Below are positions 10,109 through 21,206 of a DNA stretch of 64,000 nucleotides, piece by piece. Below the pieces are notes generated by a model. It was not told the DNA's origin. It was given only the letters and a program-made list of their open reading frames with translations, and did no database searches. This DNA is from a bacterium (GTDB taxonomy: Bacteria; Hinthialibacterota; Hinthialibacteria; Hinthialibacterales; Hinthialibacteraceae): positions 1,088,001-1,152,000 of the forward strand of contig CAXXMV010000006.1 of the NCBI GenBank assembly GCA_963662285.2. The letters are read 5' to 3'. The position numbers and the translations under genes are program-made. The first letter of the stretch is position 1, and each line of letters begins with the position of its first letter.

Positions 10109-10477
10109 TTACTCCTTATCAATAAGATGTCTGATAGCAGAGAGTAGAAAATCTTCATCAAAAGGTTTGAGCAATACCTCATCAGCGCCCAATTTCCTGG
10201 CTAGTTCTCTCGTTCCTCTTTGAGAGGAGGCGCTGACGATCACAACCGGTAGGTCGGGATGATTTTTTTTAATCCTTTGGAGCACTTCTATACCATCGAT
10301 GCCCGGTAATTTAATATCTAAAATAACCAGATCGGGAATTTTGGTTTCCAACCAGATCAGTGCATCTTCACCGGTTCCCACCAATTCTGAGGCATAGCCC
10401 TCAAACTCCAGCAAGTCGACCATACTTTCAGCGAGTTCCAGTTCATCGTCTACGATTAAAATTTTTGTTTCTGACAT
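10109..10477 (-). CDS. Single-domain response regulator
   Basis: ILIVDDE, LDIKLP, SA and LKPF; 122 aa. Confidence 0.9.
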   Translation of the reverse strand: MSETKILIVDDELELAESMVDLLEFEGYASELVGTGEDALIWLETKIPDLVILDIKLPGIDGIEVLQRIKKNHPDLPVVIVSASSQRGTRELARKLGADEVLLKPFDEDFLLSAIRHLIDKE

Positions 10478-10486
10478 AATTACTCT

Positions 10487-12088
10487 CTATTTAGGTTGAA
10501 TGGGTAAATTCAAAGTAAAAGTTGATCCCTTGCCCAATTCGCTTTCAACTGCCAGCGATCCTTCATGCATTTCTACTAGTTCTTTGACGATCGAAAGGCC
10601 CAGTCCGCTGCCGATGGCGCATTTTTGCGATTCCGCCGTACGGTAGAAACGTTCCCAGATTCTCAATCGATCCTGGGCTGACATACCAATTCCCGTATCA
10701 GTTATAGATAAAACAAGGCGATGGTTATCATTTCTCGTTAGGTTGATAATTACACGGCCATTTTCCGGTGTGTATTTGATCGCATTCCCTATCAATTCTC
10801 CCACAATGCGTTCCATTTTACCAGCATCAACCTTAATCTTGTACGAATCATCCTGGATTACTTTTTGCAGAGTGATTTTCTTTTGATCGGCGGCGGATTG
10901 GTTTTCTTTCACCACATTCTTAACCAGTGTATCGAAGGGCGTTTCGGTTTTTTCAAGAATCATCCTGCCGGACTCTATGCGATTCAGATCAAGAACATCA
11001 TTAATCAGATTGGTCAGACGGTTGACGGCTCCTTGTGCGCGATCCAGGACGTGTTGTTGTTTATCGGTCAGGCCTCCGCCCACACCGCGCATGAGATTAT
11101 CCAGATTGAGTTTTATGGTGGTCAGCGGCGTGCGCAGGTCATGCGAAGCTTGCGAAACAAAGACCGATTTCATCCGGTCCAGTTCCATCAGTTTTTCATT
11201 GGCCTGGACGAGTTCTTCATTGGCCTCATGCAATTCAGCCGTCCGCCGCTCGACCCGGTCTTCCAGTTCTTCACGCGCCTTGATCAAAGCGGTATCCCGT
11301 TCCTGTATCTGATCCAGCATATCGTTGAACACGTGAATTAACTGGCCGATTTCATCATTCCCTTGCGATTGAGCGCGAATGGAATAATTGCCTTGGTTGG
11401 AAATACCTTCCGCTGTTCTTGATAAAAGCAATACCGGTTCTGTAATCATACGCATCAAGCGCATTGCCAACAAATATGCTAATGTCAAAGATACAATTAA
11501 CACAAGTATGGTTATAAAAATAATATTAATTAATCGTCTGTTTAATTCTGTCAAATCACAGATGATTTCCATTTTGCCTTTGTGAATTGACGATCCATCC
11601 GAATAATCAAATAATTTTGATACTTGAATATAATCACGGGAGAATCGATAGTCGTGATCTTCGTGATCCAAGGGGGGGATATTATATACAGGTGTTTTTA
11701 CTAATTCTTTTAAGTCTTCAACGATTTCGGGCTTAAAATCCTGAATCGGCGAATTGATACTTTCTCCCTCAGTAAGCGCCCGGTCATATAAAGCAAAAAT
11801 TTCACGATCTTCACGAATGTATAGTCGGGCGGCAATGATTCTTTTATCTTTTCCAAGTTTCTCTAGAATATCGCATGCATCCTTTGGTACATTAAATTCA
11901 AGAGGCGCTTCGCAAAGAGAACACATAATTTCCGCTTGGATTAATAATCCGGATGCCATTTCCTTCTTAATCACTTCTTTTTCATAAATAATAAACATTA
12001 AAAAAGCCAGCAGCGCTGCCAGGCTGCATGATAAGATTACGATTAACGAGAGTTTTCGTTTTATGGACCAATCGCGTATGGGTCTCAT
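10487..12088 (-). CDS. Sensor histidine kinase with CHASE8-like periplasmic domain and HAMP
   Basis: N-terminus WSIKRKL-TM, APLEFN periplasmic motif, second TM, HAMP (DEIGQL..FNDML), H-box SHDLRTPL and G-boxes. Lies directly downstream of yfiR, like YfiN-type sensors. Confidence 0.85.
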   Translation of the reverse strand: MRPIRDWSIKRKLSLIVILSCSLAALLAFLMFIIYEKEVIKKEMASGLLIQAEIMCSLCEAPLEFNVPKDACDILEKLGKDKRIIAARLYIREDREIFALYDRALTEGESINSPIQDFKPEIVEDLKELVKTPVYNIPPLDHEDHDYRFSRDYIQVSKLFDYSDGSSIHKGKMEIICDLTELNRRLINIIFITILVLIVSLTLAYLLAMRLMRMITEPVLLLSRTAEGISNQGNYSIRAQSQGNDEIGQLIHVFNDMLDQIQERDTALIKAREELEDRVERRTAELHEANEELVQANEKLMELDRMKSVFVSQASHDLRTPLTTIKLNLDNLMRGVGGGLTDKQQHVLDRAQGAVNRLTNLINDVLDLNRIESGRMILEKTETPFDTLVKNVVKENQSAADQKKITLQKVIQDDSYKIKVDAGKMERIVGELIGNAIKYTPENGRVIINLTRNDNHRLVLSITDTGIGMSAQDRLRIWERFYRTAESQKCAIGSGLGLSIVKELVEMHEGSLAVESELGKGSTFTLNLPIQPK

Positions 12089-12098
12089 TTTATCACCT

Positions 12099-12716
12099 TC
12101 ACTCTCCCTTGTTTTTAGGCAATGCAGATTTCAATAAACTGGAATTTACTTTGAAATTCGATCGTTTGGCCGCAGCGAGATTAAAGATATAGCGGATGCG
12201 TTTCTTTTCAACCTTAAATTCAATATGTCCATTCGCATCATCAGTAAAGCCTTCAAAATCGCCAATGTATAACGTGGGGAAACCTTTCGATTTTTCATTA
12301 AGCGCTTGTAAACCACTGCGATCTTTGCCGGTTATTTTTTTCAGAACATCCTCGGAAGGAATCAACAAAATATGACAAGTCCCGAAATCGTTCAATGAAG
12401 TAACCTTCTTGGTTATGATTTTACGATTTTTTGATATTTTAGCTTTCAAGTTTTTGTCTCCATTGATCAGTTTCGCGGAGTCATTAATCAACTTCAAATA
12501 TGTATTTGCCTTGGAATCATTTCCTAACAGACCGATTACAATTTCCGGCTTATCCGCAGAAAAGGCTTCTGCCGGCCATTCAATGTATTTAATGAAATTG
12601 AATATATAGGAACTCTTTATTTCAAAAGGAGTGCGCTCCTGCGAATACCCGGAGGATGCAGTAAGTACCGCAATCACTATTAATCCTATGTGAGATAATA
12701 ACCTGTGTTTCATCAT
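12099..12716 (-). CDS. yfiR: YfiR family (DUF4154) periplasmic protein
   Basis: Signal peptide, IKSSYIFNFIKYIEWP, CHILLI, IEF..RIRYIFNLAAAKRSNFKVNSSLLK. Confidence 0.85.
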   Translation of the reverse strand: MMKHRLLSHIGLIVIAVLTASSGYSQERTPFEIKSSYIFNFIKYIEWPAEAFSADKPEIVIGLLGNDSKANTYLKLINDSAKLINGDKNLKAKISKNRKIITKKVTSLNDFGTCHILLIPSEDVLKKITGKDRSGLQALNEKSKGFPTLYIGDFEGFTDDANGHIEFKVEKKRIRYIFNLAAAKRSNFKVNSSLLKSALPKNKGE

Positions 12717-12744
12717 TGTTTTAGAAATTTATCCTAAAGATCCC

Positions 12745-14823
12745 TTAAAAGCGATACGTCAGTTTTGCGTAAACGCCGCGTTCGACTTCGGAATATTTTG
12801 TATACCAGCCATTTGCTTCATGCGTCTGATCGTCGAGCAAGTTAGTTCCAACGACGCTTATTTCAAAGTTGTCGCTTGGCTTCCACCCTAATCGTATGTC
12901 CAGTCGCCCGTGTTGTGGTATCCGCCAATTATTGATTTCATCGATCCAGTAATAGGAAGCATCCAACTTCACGTCCCTCGTAATATCGAAATAGGAGTTG
13001 ATTTTAATTTGATGGTGAGGTGACGAATCCTCAAGGAAGTAAAAAAGCAAATCGTTTGAATTGTTCTTGCGGTGCAACTGAATTTCCAACGCCGAGTAAC
13101 TGGTCGTTAGTTTCCAATAATCGGTGATCTGCGCGTTGGCGGCTAATTCCACGCCATAGGTTTCTCCCGTGATATTATTGTGACTATACCCATCCACAAT
13201 ATAATACATAATAGGATTTGTATATAAAGTTGGATTGCTATAGTCGCCGTCGATTGTAGCATAATCATCAATCAGAGTGTAAAATGCAGAAAGATCGAAA
13301 GATAACTTCCGCGACGCTTGCAACCTTTGACCTAGTTCAAAAGATAAAATGCTTTCTGATTTTAATCGATCACCATTTTGTAACTGCAATAGCATGGGAA
13401 TCATGCTGCCTTGATAAGGATAATCAAGCGTATACATGAAAAATTCTTCATCACTATGTCCCTTGTAATAATGTTGAGCGGATCGAGCAATGGACGCCCA
13501 AAGCGTGTATTGTTCGTAGGGAGTATAAATTAATTTAACGCTGGGTTGATAATCAAAATCGGAATAATCGCTATACTGAAACTGCGAGCCGTACAACAAC
13601 CTCAGTTTATCTTCAACGATTGTGAAATTATCTTGAAAAAATGCAGTAAATGTTTGATCATTGGAATGTAATGGATCATACGTACAAAATCCATTATGTA
13701 TATCATCGGACACAAGCCTATATCCACTACCAACGATGAAATCATGATTGGGAAATGGAGTAAACTGGTATTCAAAATCGGTCTTAAAAGTATGATAATT
13801 GACGTTCACAACTATATCGTGATCTAACGAAAAATAATCGTAATAAGTTAGCCATTTCATCCTGGAACCATCGTCATAGGCGTGATCCCATTGAACCAGG
13901 AAATCGAGATTTTTTTTATCTTTTTCATAACGATTTTTTACTTGATATAATTCAGGGGGGATATATACATTCGGCCAAGACACCCAAACGTCGTCTTTAC
14001 GCGCATCGCCTTGAAAGGTCAATGCGTCCTGCTCGGAAAGTTCCCAATCAATGCGAAAACCGGCATGTCCCAAGGACCAATCATCCACAAAATCCTTTCC
14101 ATCGACCGTATTATTACTGTCGACGTCCTTATAAGCACCGTAAACTCGATAGAAGGCATTTTCGCTTATTTTCCCGCCATATCGAAAAACGCTTTTGTAT
14201 AAGTCCGTCCCTGCGACGCCAGAGATAAGACCTCCTTGCGAGTATTTCGCATGCTTTGTAATAACATTAATAACGCCATTGCCTGAATTCGTTCCCCAAA
14301 GCGTCCCCCCCGGTCCTCGAATGATTTCAATTCTTTCTATGTCTTCCAAAGGATAGTCCTGAATACTCCAGAAAACTCCACCCCAATTTAAATAGTTCAC
14401 TTGACGTCCATCGATTAATACCAAAAGATCGACGCAATATTCGTTCGCCAGACCTCTTGAACTGACTAGCCATGTGCTGGAATCAGCATTACCAACGAAC
14501 AATCCGGGAACCATGCGTAATAGATCGGGGATGTTAGTGGCGGCGGAGCGGGAGATATCCGTGGCTGTTATGACATAGGCGGCAGCGGGGGTTTCCCATA
14601 CTTTCTGTGGCGTCTTGGAGGCAAGCGAGATATATTCTTGAATAATGATTTCCGACAGTTCATCGATATCTTTCAGAAGCAGTTCCTTCATGCCGCTTGA
14701 TGAGTCCTCTTCGACTGCATCAACAGGAAGAGTGAAAAGAATGAATATAATCGCCAGGCAAGCGATTTGCCGCAATAGCTGGTTAACGCTAAATAGAGAA
14801 TTTTTTCGTATAGTTTCATCCAT
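12745..14823 (-). CDS. TonB-dependent receptor, copy A of tandem array
   Basis: Signal peptide, plug motifs (PAAAYVIT, LRMVPG, LIDGR, IERIEIIRGPG, GVINVITK), C-terminal KLTYRF. Confidence 0.92.
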   Translation of the reverse strand: MDETIRKNSLFSVNQLLRQIACLAIIFILFTLPVDAVEEDSSSGMKELLLKDIDELSEIIIQEYISLASKTPQKVWETPAAAYVITATDISRSAATNIPDLLRMVPGLFVGNADSSTWLVSSRGLANEYCVDLLVLIDGRQVNYLNWGGVFWSIQDYPLEDIERIEIIRGPGGTLWGTNSGNGVINVITKHAKYSQGGLISGVAGTDLYKSVFRYGGKISENAFYRVYGAYKDVDSNNTVDGKDFVDDWSLGHAGFRIDWELSEQDALTFQGDARKDDVWVSWPNVYIPPELYQVKNRYEKDKKNLDFLVQWDHAYDDGSRMKWLTYYDYFSLDHDIVVNVNYHTFKTDFEYQFTPFPNHDFIVGSGYRLVSDDIHNGFCTYDPLHSNDQTFTAFFQDNFTIVEDKLRLLYGSQFQYSDYSDFDYQPSVKLIYTPYEQYTLWASIARSAQHYYKGHSDEEFFMYTLDYPYQGSMIPMLLQLQNGDRLKSESILSFELGQRLQASRKLSFDLSAFYTLIDDYATIDGDYSNPTLYTNPIMYYIVDGYSHNNITGETYGVELAANAQITDYWKLTTSYSALEIQLHRKNNSNDLLFYFLEDSSPHHQIKINSYFDITRDVKLDASYYWIDEINNWRIPQHGRLDIRLGWKPSDNFEISVVGTNLLDDQTHEANGWYTKYSEVERGVYAKLTYRF

Positions 14824-15078
14824 AATTCATTCTCCTGACATTGCTTCATTTTACTATTACAAAAATCATCAAAACCGATACGTCAATTTGCCGTATACGC
14901 CGCGCTCGACTTCGGTGTAGGCTGTATACATCCCATTCGCTTCGTGCGTCTGACTATCAAGTAAATTGGTCCCAACAAGGCTTATTTCCAATTGTTTAGA
15001 TGGTTCCCAGCCCAACCGCACATCAAGTCGTCCATGCGGTGGGATTCCCCAATTATTGATTTCATCAACAAAGTAATA
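14504..15078. repeat. Junction repeat (5' end of copy A, 45-bp spacer, 3' end of copy B), near-identical to 18721-19295
   Basis: Colinear at offset 4217, and 14903-15078 equals 19120-19295 (176 bp identical by eye). Related junctions lie at ~20842-21245 and ~22965-23367. Confidence 0.9.
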
Positions 15079-16926
15079 GGATGCATCCAGTTTCACATCT
15101 TTTGTTATATCTAAATACGAATTTATTTTGAACTGATGATGGGGTGAACTATCTTCCAGAAAATACCACACGAAATCATTAGAATTATTCTTGAGATGTA
15201 ACTGAATATCTAATGCCGAGTAACTGGCCATCAGTTTCCAGGAATCCGTGATGTTTGCGTTTGCAGCCAGTTCCACACCATATGTTTCACCATCTATATT
15301 GTTTCCCGGGAAAGCGAAAACTATTAAATGTGGAATCGGATCGGCAAAAAAGACTGGCTGATCCCAATTCGTATCAGCTGTTAGATGGTCTTCTAAAATA
15401 TTATAAAAAGCAGAGAATTCGAATGACAGATATCTCGTTGCTTGAAGCCGTTGACCGATTTCGAAGGTGAGTTTGTTTTCTGAATTCGCATGTCCTTCAT
15501 CACAAAAAGAAGCCAACATCGGGATCGTACCTGAGCCGTAAGGAAAATCCAGTGCGTAAAAAATAAAACTATTCTCATTCATAACTCTGTAGTAATGATT
15601 AGCAGATCGAGTAACGGACGTCCAAACCGTATATTGTTCGTATGGAGTATAAACTAATTTAGCGCTGGGCTGATAATCAAAATCGGAATAATCGCTGTAT
15701 TGAAATTGAGAACCCAACGAAAGTTTCAGTTTATCTTCGATGATGGTGTAATCATCTTGAATGAAAGCAGTAAATGTCTGATCGTTAGCGCTAGGCGGTT
15801 CGTAATGCAATGCGCCATTTTTAACATCATCTGATACAAGGCGATATCCACTCCCTATGATAAATTCATGATCGGGGAAAGGATTAAACTGGTATTCAAA
15901 ATCCGTTTTAAACGTATGATAATTTAAATTTACTACATAATCATTGTCCAAATTAAAATAGTCGTAATACGTAAGCCATTTCATTTTGGATTCATCATCA
16001 AACGCATGATCCCATTGAACCAGTAAATCCAATCCTTCTTTATCTTTGATATAACGGTTTTTAACTGGGAAGAATGGTTCTTCCCGGACTCCAGGAGAAA
16101 AATGAGTAAACCAGGCATTATCTTGATATGCAGTTCCTTGAAAAGTAAGTTCATTCTGATCGGAGGGCTGCCAATCAATTCGAAAACCAGCTTTGCCATA
16201 CGACCAATCATCCACAGAATTGTTACCATTCCCATCTTTGAATGAATCAACGTCTTTATAAGTACCATAGACGCGGTAAAAAGCATCTTCGCCCATCTTT
16301 CCGCCATGCCGGAAAACGCCTTTATATAAATCCGTCCCGGCGATGCCAGAAAGAAGCCCACCCTGCGTATTTTTGGTGTGCTTGGTAATAATATTAATGA
16401 CGCCATTACCTGAATTCGTGCCCCATAACGTGCCGCCAGGCCCACGAATAATTTCTATTCTCTCTATGTCTTCAAGTGGATAATCCTGAATACTCCAAAG
16501 GACGCTGCCCCAACTTAAAAAGTTCACTTGACGGCCATCAAGTAATACCAGCGTATCAATCCCGTATTCATTCGCCAGACCTCTTGCTCCAACGATCCAG
16601 GTGCTGGAATCCGTATTACCGACGAACATACCCGGTACCATGCGTAATAGATCGGGGATATTTGTCGCAGCAGAACGAGATATATCCGTGGCTGTGATTA
16701 CATAAGCGGCGGCAGGCGTTTCCCAGACTTTCTCAGGTCTCTTGGATGCGAGCGAGATATATTCCTGAACGATGATATCCCCCAATTCGTCGATGTCGGT
16801 TTCAAGCATCGATCTCAAGCGCTCGTCTGAACTCTCTTCGGCGGCGGTGAGTGGAAGAGTGAAACAGCAAATCAGTAACACAAATACGCTTGTTTGCAGC
16901 AACCTCTTGTTGTGTTGTACCATCAT
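14869..16926 (-). CDS. TonB-dependent receptor, copy B
   Basis: Same plug and barrel motifs, a different signal peptide, C-terminal KLTYRF. Confidence 0.92.
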   Translation of the reverse strand: MMVQHNKRLLQTSVFVLLICCFTLPLTAAEESSDERLRSMLETDIDELGDIIVQEYISLASKRPEKVWETPAAAYVITATDISRSAATNIPDLLRMVPGMFVGNTDSSTWIVGARGLANEYGIDTLVLLDGRQVNFLSWGSVLWSIQDYPLEDIERIEIIRGPGGTLWGTNSGNGVINIITKHTKNTQGGLLSGIAGTDLYKGVFRHGGKMGEDAFYRVYGTYKDVDSFKDGNGNNSVDDWSYGKAGFRIDWQPSDQNELTFQGTAYQDNAWFTHFSPGVREEPFFPVKNRYIKDKEGLDLLVQWDHAFDDESKMKWLTYYDYFNLDNDYVVNLNYHTFKTDFEYQFNPFPDHEFIIGSGYRLVSDDVKNGALHYEPPSANDQTFTAFIQDDYTIIEDKLKLSLGSQFQYSDYSDFDYQPSAKLVYTPYEQYTVWTSVTRSANHYYRVMNENSFIFYALDFPYGSGTIPMLASFCDEGHANSENKLTFEIGQRLQATRYLSFEFSAFYNILEDHLTADTNWDQPVFFADPIPHLIVFAFPGNNIDGETYGVELAANANITDSWKLMASYSALDIQLHLKNNSNDFVWYFLEDSSPHHQFKINSYLDITKDVKLDASYYFVDEINNWGIPPHGRLDVRLGWEPSKQLEISLVGTNLLDSQTHEANGMYTAYTEVERGVYGKLTYRF

Positions 16927-16967
16927 TCATTCTCCACAATTTCGCTGACTTACATTACAAAAAAAAA

Positions 16968-19040
16968 TCAAAACCGATACGTCAGTTTGACGTACACGCC
17001 GCGCTCGACCTCCGAGGGTTTTCTATACACCGCCTTTGCCTCATGCGTTTGATCGTCCAGCAAATTCGTTCCGACCAGACTTATTTCCAAATTGTTTTTT
17101 GGTTTCCAACCCAAGCGGATATCGAGTCTTCCGTGTTGGGGTATTCCCCATCCTTCTATTTCATCGATAAAGTATAAGAAGGCGTCCAATTTAACGTCTT
17201 TCGTTAGATCGAAATAAGATTGAATGGATGCCTGATGGTGAGGTGATGAATTTTCTAGAGAATAATAATAAAAATCATTCGAGTTGTTCTTATGATGGAA
17301 CTGAATATCTAATACGGAATAACTGGCCATTAACTTCCAAAAATCGGTAATTTGTTCCGTCATGGACAGTTCCGCACCATACGTTTCTCCATTGATATTA
17401 TTACCCCAATATTCATAAACAACATAATGGGGAAGGGGATCCATATAGTAAGAAACGCGATCGTAATCCGCATCTAGAGTGATGAAATCATAGATCGTCG
17501 TGTAAAATGCCGTTAGATCGAACGATAGATTTCTTGTAGCCCGATATCGTTGACCTAATTCATACGATAGGATACTTTCAGACTTTAATCGTTCGCTATA
17601 ATTGACATACAATAACATGGGAATCCCATCCGGCGCAGACGTTGTAAGATTCGGCCACGATGAATCATAATTAAGGGGAAAATAATGTTGGGCGGAACGA
17701 GTGATAGAGGCCCAAATTGTATACTTTTCTGTTGGTGTATATACTAATTTGGCGCTGGGTTGGTAATCGAAATCAGAATAGTCGCTATATTGAATCTGAA
17801 TGCCGAGTGATAGTTTAAGTAGGTCTTCTGCAATAGAATAATTATCTTCGATAAAAACGCTTCCCGTTTGATCGTTGGCGTGACTGGAATTATATACGAT
17901 CGTTCGATCGGTCATATCGTCCATCGTAAGCTGATATCCACTTCCCACGATAAATTCATGATTGGAAAAGGGAGTAAACTCGTACTGAACGTTCGTTTTA
18001 ATATCGTGGTAATTGAACTTGGAAACAAAGTCATTGTCCAATAAAAAGTAGTTATAATAAGTATGCCATTTAATCTTAGAATCATCGTCTAATGTACGTT
18101 CCCAGAGAACTTGCAAATCAAGGCCCCTTTTATCGTATTCATATCGAGATTTAACAGGGAAAATTTCGGGAAGATCAATTTCTGGAATATACCAGGCGTA
18201 CCACACGTCGTTTTGAAATATCTCGCCTTGGAACGTAACATCGTCCTTTTCTGAAGGTGCCCAATCGATGCGAAAGCCGCTTTTGGCGTTAGACCAATCA
18301 TCGACGGAATCCTCTCCATTCGGAAATTTGAAACTATCGGCGTCACGATAAATCCCATATATACGATAATAAGCATCGTCCCCCATTTTCCCGCCGTATC
18401 GGAACACGCTTTTATACAAATCCGTCCCGGCGACGCCGGAAATCAAACCGCCTTGTGTGTCTTTCGCATGTTTTGTGATGATATTGATGACGCCGTTACC
18501 GGAATTCGTTCCCCAAAGCGTGCCGCCCGGACCTCGAATGATTTCTATACGTTCGATGTCCTCTAATGGATAATCAAGAATGTCCCAAAACATTCCGCCC
18601 ATTACTAAATCGTTTGTTTCGCGTCCGTCAAGTAAAATAAGTAATTCTGTAGTGTGCTCGGTTGCCAATCCTCGGGATCCGATTACCCATGTGTTTGAAT
18701 CCCCTCTTCCAACGAACAAACCGGGAACCATGCGCAGGAGATCGGGGATGTTGGTCGCGGCGGAGCGGGAGATATCCGTGGCTGTTATGACATAGGCGGC
18801 GGCGGGGGTTTCCCATACTTTCTGTGGCGTCTTGGATGCGAGCGAGATATATTCTTGAACGATGATTTCCGACAGTTCATCGATATCTTTCAGAAGCAGT
18901 TCCTTCATGCCGCTTGATGAGTCCTCTTCGACTGCATCAGCAGGAAGAGTGAAAAGCATGAATAGAATCGCCAGGCAAGCGATTTGCCGCAATAGCTGGT
19001 TAACGCTAAATAGAGAATTTTTTCGTATGGATTCATACAT
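16968..19040 (-). CDS. TonB-dependent receptor, copy C
   Basis: Same plug and barrel motifs, C-terminal KLTYRF. Confidence 0.92.
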   Translation of the reverse strand: MYESIRKNSLFSVNQLLRQIACLAILFMLFTLPADAVEEDSSSGMKELLLKDIDELSEIIVQEYISLASKTPQKVWETPAAAYVITATDISRSAATNIPDLLRMVPGLFVGRGDSNTWVIGSRGLATEHTTELLILLDGRETNDLVMGGMFWDILDYPLEDIERIEIIRGPGGTLWGTNSGNGVINIITKHAKDTQGGLISGVAGTDLYKSVFRYGGKMGDDAYYRIYGIYRDADSFKFPNGEDSVDDWSNAKSGFRIDWAPSEKDDVTFQGEIFQNDVWYAWYIPEIDLPEIFPVKSRYEYDKRGLDLQVLWERTLDDDSKIKWHTYYNYFLLDNDFVSKFNYHDIKTNVQYEFTPFSNHEFIVGSGYQLTMDDMTDRTIVYNSSHANDQTGSVFIEDNYSIAEDLLKLSLGIQIQYSDYSDFDYQPSAKLVYTPTEKYTIWASITRSAQHYFPLNYDSSWPNLTTSAPDGIPMLLYVNYSERLKSESILSYELGQRYRATRNLSFDLTAFYTTIYDFITLDADYDRVSYYMDPLPHYVVYEYWGNNINGETYGAELSMTEQITDFWKLMASYSVLDIQFHHKNNSNDFYYYSLENSSPHHQASIQSYFDLTKDVKLDAFLYFIDEIEGWGIPQHGRLDIRLGWKPKNNLEISLVGTNLLDDQTHEAKAVYRKPSEVERGVYVKLTYRF

Positions 19041-19295
19041 AATTCATTCTCCCGTCATTGCTTCATTTCACTATATCAAAAATCATCAAAACCGATATGT
19101 CAGTTTGCCGTATATGCCCCGCTCGACTTCGGTGTAGGCTGTATACATCCCATTCGCTTCGTGCGTCTGACTATCAAGTAAATTGGTCCCAACAAGGCTT
19201 ATTTCCAATTGTTTAGATGGTTCCCAGCCCAACCGCACATCAAGTCGTCCATGCGGTGGGATTCCCCAATTATTGATTTCATCAACAAAGTAATA
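18721..19295. repeat. Junction repeat (copy C/D boundary), partner of 14504-15078
   Basis: Direct sequence comparison; contains the 176-bp identical block 19120-19295. Confidence 0.9.
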
Positions 19296-21161
19296 ATTGG
19301 CATCAAATTGGATATCTTTGGTGATATTGAGATAGGACTGTAATTTAAATTGATGGTGAGGAGAGGCGTCTTCGAGAAAATAAAAAACGATATCTGTTGA
19401 ATTTGGTTTACGATGTAATTGAATATCGATTGCGGAGTAACTGGCCATGAGTTTCCAGTAATCGGTAATTTGCGCGTTGGCAGCCAGTTCTACTCCATAG
19501 GTTTCTCCATCAATATTATTTCCTGGATAGCCATATAAAACAATATGAGGAATTGGATCGGTGAATGAAATTTGATTATTCCAATCAATATCGGCTGTAC
19601 AATGATCATCAATAAAGTTATAAAAAACTGAAAGATCGAGAGACAGGTTACTAAATGCCTGAAGCCTTTGCCCGATTTCAAAGGTGAGAATGCTTTCAGA
19701 ATCCGCTTTTCCATCATAACTAAAATGAACCCGCATGGGGGGCGTCCCTTGTCCATATAGATCATAAAATGTCAAATAAGGCCAACTACATTCACTATGC
19801 GCCCGGTAATAATGTTGAACTGACCGAGTAATGGATGCCCAGATTGTATATTGTTCATATGGAGTATAGGCTAATTTTGCGCTGGGTTGATAATCGAAAC
19901 CGGAATAATCGCTATATTGGAATTGAGAACCGTAATAAAAATTTAGTTTGTCATCAATGATTGTGTAATTATCCTGGATAAAGGCAGTAAATGTTTGATC
20001 GTTTGCGCTTTGAGGTCTATATTCCAAAAAACCATCAACAGTATCATCTGATATTATCCGGTACCCGCTTCCGATAACGAAATCATGATTTGAAAAAGGC
20101 GTAAACTGGTATTGATAATCTGTTTTAAATGTATGGTAATTTAGATTCGATATAAAATCATTGTCCAATGAAAAATAGTCGTAATAAGTAAGCCATTTCA
20201 TCTTGGAACCGTTATTAAATGTGCGGTTCCATTGAACCATCAAATCCAGTCTATCTTTATCCTTAATATATCGATCTTTCATAGGATCGAATTGGGGATT
20301 GGCTTTTCCTGTCCAATTAAACCAAGCGTCATCTTGATATACTCCGCCTTGAAAAGTAAATTCATCTTGTTCAGAAGGCTCCCAATCGACTCGGAAACCC
20401 GCTTTTCCTAACGCCCAATCATCGACCGACTCTTGTCCATTAACATCCTTAAAGGCGTCAACATCTTTATATGCCCCAAAAATACGAAAAAAAGCATCTT
20501 CTCCCATTTTCCCACCATACCGGAACACGCTTTTATATAAATCAGTACCAACCAAGCCTGATAGAAGTCCTCCTTGAGTGTCTTTTGAATGCTTTGTAAT
20601 TATGTTAATAACGCCGTTTCCGGAATTCGTTCCCCAAAGCGTACCTCCCGGGCCACGAATAATTTCGATCCTTTCAATATCCTCCAATGGATAATCCTGA
20701 ATACTCCATAAAACTCCACCCCAATTTGTAAAGTTCGCTTGGCGGCCATCAATCAATACAAGCAAATCAACTGCGTATTCATTTGCCAATCCCCTAGATC
20801 CAACGATCCATGTACTCGAATCAGCTTGTCCGACAAACAAGCCGGGAACCATGCGTAATAGATCGGGGATGTTAGTGGCGGCGGAGCGGGAGATATCCGT
20901 GGCTGTTATGACATAGGCGGCGGCGGGGGTTTCCCATACTTTCTGTGGCGTCTTGGATGCGAGCGAGATATATTCTTGAACGATGATTTCCGACAGTTCG
21001 TCGATATCTTTAAGAAGAAGTTCTTTTAGTCCACTGGATGCGTCCTCTTCGACGGCATCAGCAGGAAGAGTGAAAAGCATGAATAGAATTGCCAGGCAAG
21101 CAATTTGCCGCAATAGTCGGTTAACACTAGATCGAGAATTTTTTCGTATGGATTCATACAT
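19086..21161 (-). CDS. TonB-dependent receptor, copy D
   Basis: Same plug and barrel motifs; C-terminal ~65 aa almost identical to copy B. Confidence 0.92.
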   Translation of the reverse strand: MYESIRKNSRSSVNRLLRQIACLAILFMLFTLPADAVEEDASSGLKELLLKDIDELSEIIVQEYISLASKTPQKVWETPAAAYVITATDISRSAATNIPDLLRMVPGLFVGQADSSTWIVGSRGLANEYAVDLLVLIDGRQANFTNWGGVLWSIQDYPLEDIERIEIIRGPGGTLWGTNSGNGVINIITKHSKDTQGGLLSGLVGTDLYKSVFRYGGKMGEDAFFRIFGAYKDVDAFKDVNGQESVDDWALGKAGFRVDWEPSEQDEFTFQGGVYQDDAWFNWTGKANPQFDPMKDRYIKDKDRLDLMVQWNRTFNNGSKMKWLTYYDYFSLDNDFISNLNYHTFKTDYQYQFTPFSNHDFVIGSGYRIISDDTVDGFLEYRPQSANDQTFTAFIQDNYTIIDDKLNFYYGSQFQYSDYSGFDYQPSAKLAYTPYEQYTIWASITRSVQHYYRAHSECSWPYLTFYDLYGQGTPPMRVHFSYDGKADSESILTFEIGQRLQAFSNLSLDLSVFYNFIDDHCTADIDWNNQISFTDPIPHIVLYGYPGNNIDGETYGVELAANAQITDYWKLMASYSAIDIQLHRKPNSTDIVFYFLEDASPHHQFKLQSYLNITKDIQFDANYYFVDEINNWGIPPHGRLDVRLGWEPSKQLEISLVGTNLLDSQTHEANGMYTAYTEVERGIYGKLTYRF

Positions 21162-21206
21162 AATTCATTCTCCCGTCATTGCTTGATTTTGCTATATCAA
21201 AAATCA